Source: an archaeon (lineage in GTDB: Archaea > Asgardarchaeota > Thorarchaeia > Thorarchaeales > Thorarchaeaceae). From it: DNA of 64,000 nt. The DNA lies in the NCBI GenBank assembly GCA_024276825.1, contig JAJRWI010000010.1, positions 128,001 through 192,000 on the forward strand. The letters are read 5' to 3'. The position numbers and the translations under genes are program-made. The notes under the pieces were generated by a model that saw only the letters and a program-made list of their open reading frames with translations, was not told the DNA's origin and ran no database searches. Of this stretch, positions 59,105 to 64,000 are shown one piece after another. Numbering within the stretch: the first letter of the stretch is position 1; the number at the start of each line of letters is the position of its first letter.

Positions 59105-59614
59105 ATGGTGAGCATAATGAGTATATCGAGAGTGTTTGCAGTCGCAGGATATTCAAAGACTGGAAAGACAACCTTGCTTGAGAGAATAACACCACATCTA
59201 AAGGACAAGGGATATTCAGTTGCCATTATCAAGAGCACACAGGAAGATGTCGAGCCGCCAGAAGGGACAGACACAAGAAGGCATTGGGACAGTGGTGCCG
59301 ACCCCGTGATTCTTTATGGACCGCAGACTACAGTGATCAGACACAAGAAGAGAATTGTCTTTGAACAACTTATAGCAAGCATTAAGGCAGACTTTATACT
59401 TGTGGAGGGGTTGAAGCATGGTAGTGTTCCGCGAGTGTTCTGCGTGGGCAATAGCAAGTCAAGACCCAAAGACATCCCTAATGGGGTCTTAGCAATTATC
59501 ACATGGGATGATGTAAGCTGGGCTGATGACATAGATATAGAGGTCATTACATCCAGTAGATTGGAGAGGATTATCGAACTGATTGAGAGTCGTGCTATGA
59601 CCATCGGGGCTTAA
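59105..59614 (+). CDS. mobB: Molybdopterin-guanine dinucleotide biosynthesis protein MobB
   Basis: GYSKTGKTT, GYSVAIIK, GTDT, LVEG.K. Confidence 0.85.
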   Translation: MVSIMSISRVFAVAGYSKTGKTTLLERITPHLKDKGYSVAIIKSTQEDVEPPEGTDTRRHWDSGADPVILYGPQTTVIRHKKRIVFEQLIASIKADFILVEGLKHGSVPRVFCVGNSKSRPKDIPNGVLAIITWDDVSWADDIDIEVITSSRLERIIELIESRAMTIGA

Positions 59615-59664
59615 ATCTATGATTATCAAGTGAAAAATTACTGCTTGCAAGACAAAGTATAACA

Positions 59665-61698
59665 ATGAATCTAACTCGGTTTTTCCCCATGAGAAAGGGT
59701 CGCAATTACAAATTTTGTTCATTACTAATAATCATGTGGCTAGTGTTCATTCCAATTCAATATACTGTAGACCCTTTGATTCCAGACAAACATGCATCTC
59801 TCAATGACCACTCACGAACAGTTGCAGACACCTTCTCAGTAGAGACCATGTGGGATAACATCTTTGCCAGCGTGAGTAAGGCAAATATCATCAACATAGT
59901 ACAGACCTTATCAGAGGACTACCCGCAGAGAGTATGGTATCCCTTGGATAAAGCACCTTCAGCCCCATTGGAAGGCGCATGGGAGTATGTTAATGATACT
60001 ATCTCATCATTCACATCAGGGGACCTTCATTTCAATCTGATGACAGAACAACTCAATCTGGTGGCAATCAAGAATGGCACTGATCACAGTAGAGCGCCCA
60101 TAATCATTGCAGGCACAATATCATCGAAATATTCACCAGGTGCTAATGCATATGCAGTTTCTGCCGCTGCGGTTCTAGAAGTTGCAAGAATAATGCATTC
60201 AATGAGTCTAACAAATGATGTATATTATGTGCTGGTGAACACTATCACGTCTGGTGGCTATTCAAGCCCCGACCGTGGGAACATTGGTATAGAAGTACTA
60301 TTAAAAAATTTGGAAACCCAAGGTCGTGAGCCAGCTATTCTCATATGGTTCTCAAGACTTCTCTACCATTCAACTGATGTTAATGGTGACAAGATCCTTG
60401 CAAGTGCTGGATATGTTGATACTACTTATGACAAGCCAGAGTTCTTGACTGACCTTGTCAAGATGGCATCCTCATTATCAGGATCATCCATGACACTGAC
60501 AACGGGAATACCCGGAATTCAATGGTTGCGCTCGGGATGTTATGAGGCGTGGGACAGAGATATCTCAGGAGTATGTCTGAGCCAATACTACTATTATGAT
60601 GGAAGCAGTAGTTCTGAGGATGATAGCTGGGACAACTGGAGATGGGACTATGATCTGCCTGTCGAGGCGGTTGGAGTTGCAGCATCGCTAGTGGCATATC
60701 TTGGTAGCCTTGGAAAGGGGGCATCTCCAGAATTCTTCAAGTCTGGAACAGTCGAACCTGGTAGTCCCTTTAGAATGGACATGCCACTCACAGGCAATTC
60801 ATTTGTGAATGTTTCAGTCACATGGAGCAGTAATGATACAATTTATGCACGAATTGAGAACCCTTACAATATTACTGTGTATTCAAGAACAGAGGATGAT
60901 GGGGAGATCAATCTAGATTATTTGATCGCTCGTCCCGGGAGGTTTCATGTAATAATTGAAACCCTTGGTAACACATCGGTGGCAGTATCATTGTCTTATA
61001 CCCACTGGCAGGATTTTGATGGCGACACATTGAATGACTATAGTGAGTTCATCTATGGAACCAATGCACTATCTCCAGACACGGATATGGACCTTCTAAA
61101 TGACCCTGATGAGATTACTCACGGAACAGAACCAACCAATGCAGATACTGACAATGATGGTGCACTTGATGGAATTGAAGTGATTTTTGGGGCCAACCCA
61201 CTCATTATGGATACTGACAATGACACGCTCCTCGATGGTTTCGAGATTGATTATGGACTTGATCCCACAAGCTCGGACAGCGATTCGGACAACATCAACG
61301 ACGCTGAAGAGATCTCCTTGGGGCTCAACCCATTGAGCAATGACACTGATCAGGATGGACTTGAAGACTGGGCAGAGCTAATGGCGGGAACAAATGCTAC
61401 CAATCCAGATACGGATGGAGACGGATTAAGTGACCTCTTTGAGGTCTTGAATGGGCTCAATCCATTGTTGGTCGACACTGATAATGATACTCTATCTGAT
61501 CTGTATGAGGTTGAAAATGGGCTCTTGCCATTTGATCCTGACAGCGACCATGATTCAATTCCAGATTCCGAGGACTGGGCCCCCAAAGAGCATTGGATAT
61601 CCATAATGCCGACAGTTTTACTGGGTACAGTTTCAGCGGGACTGGTCATATGGCTACTGATGAAAAGGCGAGAATATTATAGAGGGGGATTGCAGTGA
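59665..61698 (+). CDS. Surface protein: degenerate M28-peptidase fold, beta-sandwich, Ca-binding DxDxDG repeats, C-terminal TM
   Basis: NLVAIKNG...IIIAGTISS..SPGANAYAVSAAAVLEVAR; about ten D-T-D-x-D-G/T-L-x-D-x-x-E repeats. Confidence 0.8.
   Translation: MNLTRFFPMRKGRNYKFCSLLIIMWLVFIPIQYTVDPLIPDKHASLNDHSRTVADTFSVETMWDNIFASVSKANIINIVQTLSEDYPQRVWYPLDKAPSAPLEGAWEYVNDTISSFTSGDLHFNLMTEQLNLVAIKNGTDHSRAPIIIAGTISSKYSPGANAYAVSAAAVLEVARIMHSMSLTNDVYYVLVNTITSGGYSSPDRGNIGIEVLLKNLETQGREPAILIWFSRLLYHSTDVNGDKILASAGYVDTTYDKPEFLTDLVKMASSLSGSSMTLTTGIPGIQWLRSGCYEAWDRDISGVCLSQYYYYDGSSSSEDDSWDNWRWDYDLPVEAVGVAASLVAYLGSLGKGASPEFFKSGTVEPGSPFRMDMPLTGNSFVNVSVTWSSNDTIYARIENPYNITVYSRTEDDGEINLDYLIARPGRFHVIIETLGNTSVAVSLSYTHWQDFDGDTLNDYSEFIYGTNALSPDTDMDLLNDPDEITHGTEPTNADTDNDGALDGIEVIFGANPLIMDTDNDTLLDGFEIDYGLDPTSSDSDSDNINDAEEISLGLNPLSNDTDQDGLEDWAELMAGTNATNPDTDGDGLSDLFEVLNGLNPLLVDTDNDTLSDLYEVENGLLPFDPDSDHDSIPDSEDWAPKEHWISIMPTVLLGTVSAGLVIWLLMKRREYYRGGLQ
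61015..61580 (+). repeat. Coding TSP3-like Ca-binding repeats (~20-22 aa period)
   Basis: DFDGDTLND, DTDMDLLND, DTDNDGALD, DTDQDGLED, DTDGDGLSD and others. Confidence 0.85.
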
Positions 61699-63704
61699 AA
61701 GGCATTGGAGAGTTGACACGTAGTATTTTTGGAATGACAATAATAGTGGTTATTCTCTTTGGAATGATCCCAATTCAGAAAACGGTTGATGGGGAAGTGG
61801 TTCAACTGGTGTTGGACAGGCCCACTCATTTTCTCTCTGATGATTCACAGATGAATGTGACAGAACTGTGGGACAAAGCTTGGAATGCTGTGTCCAAAAA
61901 CAATGTTGTGAGTTATACCAAAATACTGTCCACTAATTATGCAAATAGAACATGGAGTCTTGAGTTCATGAATGCATCCTCAGCACTACTGGGAGCATGG
62001 ACATGGGCAAATACCACTCTGAAACACTCAACTAATGAGGAGATTGTATTTCATCCAGTCACTGCGTTTCAGCATCTCTTAGCAATTAAGAGGGGAGTAG
62101 TCGTAGGACCAAGGCCTGTTCTTGTGATATCGGGGACCATTGACAGTGGCTATTCGCCGGGAGCAAATGATGCTGCCGTATCAACAGCAGCGGTTCTGGA
62201 GATGGCCAGAGTCCTGAACAATTATACATTCACATTCGATATCTATTTTCTTCTACTTAATGGAAGGCATAGTGACCCTGAGATAAACTATGGGGCCCGA
62301 GCATTCATAGAATGGCTAGATGAGAACAATATCAACACATTCATGACACTTGACTTTGACAGACTTCTATATCATAGATCAGATGTTGTCTATGGGACAA
62401 TGGTCAGCTTAAGGACAAACACTGAACTTGGTTCATATCAAAGGACCGAGTGGTTCGTTGATCTCATCAAACGTGCCTCACTCACAGAGAGCTCTGGTAA
62501 TATTCAGCAGCTTCATGGGCTGGAGGTGATTCGAAGGACCTATGCTTATGAGATGTGGAGAGCGGGGAGGCCAGCAGTACACATCTCACAGGGATTCTAT
62601 GTGGATTCTCATAGCAACTCCGAAGATGATACTTGGGACAATTCAGACTGGAACTTTGACAAGGCAACAAGTGCAATTGCTGCTACTGCATGTGCAGTTG
62701 TCTATGTAGGAGCGTTAGGAGATGGAAGTCCTGCATCGTTTTACGCGAGTAGGACACTTCAGCCCACCAACAGTTCATCATTCGGGTTCATTCTAACGTT
62801 GACAGGTTATGTCAATACATCAATAACTTGGAACGGAAACACCACCCTTCAGGCTCAGATGTATGACATGGACACCTCAGAAATTGTATATCAGAGAACC
62901 GAGGATGATGGGTTAATCACCATGAAGTATCTGGCCAAGAAAGTCGGTTCATATGGAGTGGTTGTCACTAATGTTGGATCAAACACGACATGGGTCAAAA
63001 TGAACACTACAATAATCAATGACTGCGATGGCGACACCCTGACAGATCATTTCGAACTGACTCATGGCACAAACATATACCTTGTCGATTCAGACCTTGA
63101 TGGTTTGAGTGATGATCTGGAGTTTAAGATAGGAAGTGATCCGAACAATGGAGACTCCGATAATGACGGGGCCTTGGACCTTGATGAGTATACATGGGGA
63201 GCAAGCCTGACTTCAAATGACACCGATTCTGATGGCATCTTAGATGGATATGAGGCGTCAATTGGAACGGACCCAACTGACCCCGACACTGATTCTGATG
63301 GCATTAATGATTACGATGAGGTCTTTGTATACAATACAAATCCACTAAGTAGCGACACCGACCTAGATGGTCTTGAGGATGCATTTGAGATTGAGTCAGG
63401 GCTGAACCCACTATCACCCGACACTGATAATGACAGTCTTAGTGACCTGTTTGAGGTGCTCAACCAGCTTAACCCGCTATCAAGCGATACTGATGGGGAT
63501 GGCTGGTCAGATGCATATGAGGTGGAGTTCTGCATGTCCCCCACCAGTCCAGATACAGATAATGATGGCATCCCAGATGGCATTGATTGGGACCCACAAG
63601 AACATTGGGTTTCAATGGTGGCCCCCATAGTATTGATCACCATAATCATGCTGATGGTGATATTCAGTGCAATGAAATACGACCTCTACCGTAAGACCAA
63701 ATAG
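61695..63704 (+). CDS. Tandem paralog with the same architecture
   Basis: LVISGTIDSGYSPGANDAAVSTAAVLEMAR; DxDxDG repeats; TM plus basic tail; GTGA overlap with the upstream gene. Confidence 0.8.
   Translation: MKGIGELTRSIFGMTIIVVILFGMIPIQKTVDGEVVQLVLDRPTHFLSDDSQMNVTELWDKAWNAVSKNNVVSYTKILSTNYANRTWSLEFMNASSALLGAWTWANTTLKHSTNEEIVFHPVTAFQHLLAIKRGVVVGPRPVLVISGTIDSGYSPGANDAAVSTAAVLEMARVLNNYTFTFDIYFLLLNGRHSDPEINYGARAFIEWLDENNINTFMTLDFDRLLYHRSDVVYGTMVSLRTNTELGSYQRTEWFVDLIKRASLTESSGNIQQLHGLEVIRRTYAYEMWRAGRPAVHISQGFYVDSHSNSEDDTWDNSDWNFDKATSAIAATACAVVYVGALGDGSPASFYASRTLQPTNSSSFGFILTLTGYVNTSITWNGNTTLQAQMYDMDTSEIVYQRTEDDGLITMKYLAKKVGSYGVVVTNVGSNTTWVKMNTTIINDCDGDTLTDHFELTHGTNIYLVDSDLDGLSDDLEFKIGSDPNNGDSDNDGALDLDEYTWGASLTSNDTDSDGILDGYEASIGTDPTDPDTDSDGINDYDEVFVYNTNPLSSDTDLDGLEDAFEIESGLNPLSPDTDNDSLSDLFEVLNQLNPLSSDTDGDGWSDAYEVEFCMSPTSPDTDNDGIPDGIDWDPQEHWVSMVAPIVLITIIMLMVIFSAMKYDLYRKTK
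63021..63595 (+). repeat. Coding TSP3-like Ca-binding repeats
   Basis: DCDGDTLTD, DSDLDGLSD, DTDSDGILD, DTDGDGWSD and others. Confidence 0.85.
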
Positions 63705-63757
63705 CATCAGAATTGAGTTAGAGTGAATATCACTGAGCAAGTCTTTATGTGATTGAG

Positions 63758-64000
63758 ATGAGAAGAATAGCTGTGAGAGACTTCAGTCTTGAAACCACAA
63801 TGAACTGCGGTCAGACATTTTGCTGGATTAGAGATGGAGAGGGCTATGTCAATCCTGATGTTGATGGTGCAATCTATGTAGAACAGAAAGGAAACGCCCT
63901 CTATTACGAAACCTCAAATAATAACATAGACCTCAGGCAATTGTTGGGACTTGAAGACCCAATACGAACAATTCAACAAGAGGTGAATAAGGACACCTTC
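63758..64000 (+). CDS. OGG1-type 8-oxoguanine DNA glycosylase, N-terminal part (runs off window)
   Basis: Manual translation MRRIAVRDFSLETTMNCGQTFCW...; the frame is open to the window end. Confidence 0.7.
   Translation, partial: MRRIAVRDFSLETTMNCGQTFCWIRDGEGYVNPDVDGAIYVEQKGNALYYETSNNNIDLRQLLGLEDPIRTIQQEVNKDTF

Noticed and set aside
61015-63595. Periodic repeats that might be a CRISPR or DNA repeat array
   Set aside because: The repeats are conserved at protein level (DxDxDG) with synonymous variation inside long ORFs. No CRISPR array or cas gene was seen in the window.
172-63649. Numerous 60-200 aa antisense or overlapping ORFs in the track
   Set aside because: They are shadows of well-supported genes, with no motifs of their own.

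Overview
Archaeal chromosomal window, almost certainly from an Asgard archaeon (Thorarchaeia-like by impression only). The assignment rests on archaeal core genes (PolB1, TFB, AspRS, ArgRS, DGGGP synthase, MfnA, tRNA-His) together with eukaryotic-signature genes. Main points: (1) A five-gene ESCRT locus at 8.2-13.2 kb has an unusual wiring. It contains a Vps28(N)-Vps22/36 fusion, Vps25, Vps4, one ESCRT-III, and a B-box/Zn-ribbon/coiled-coil/GRAM-PH/steadiness-box protein with no UEV domain. (2) An accessory region at 38-49 kb holds three non-autonomous IS607 derivatives. An intact IS110 with a structured upstream RNA sits inside the left end of one of them. The same region has a candidate secreted caspase-fold (CHAT-like) plus hydrophobic-tail toxin/immunity pair and a truncated second copy. 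(3) Two tandem, apparently catalytically dead M28-fold surface proteins carry Ca-binding repeats. Other notable genes are longin and Yip1 domain proteins, a methanogenesis-marker-9-like Cys motif, and a PadR/FAD/Fe-S/SCP2 operon. All family calls come from motif recognition by eye; no database searches were run.
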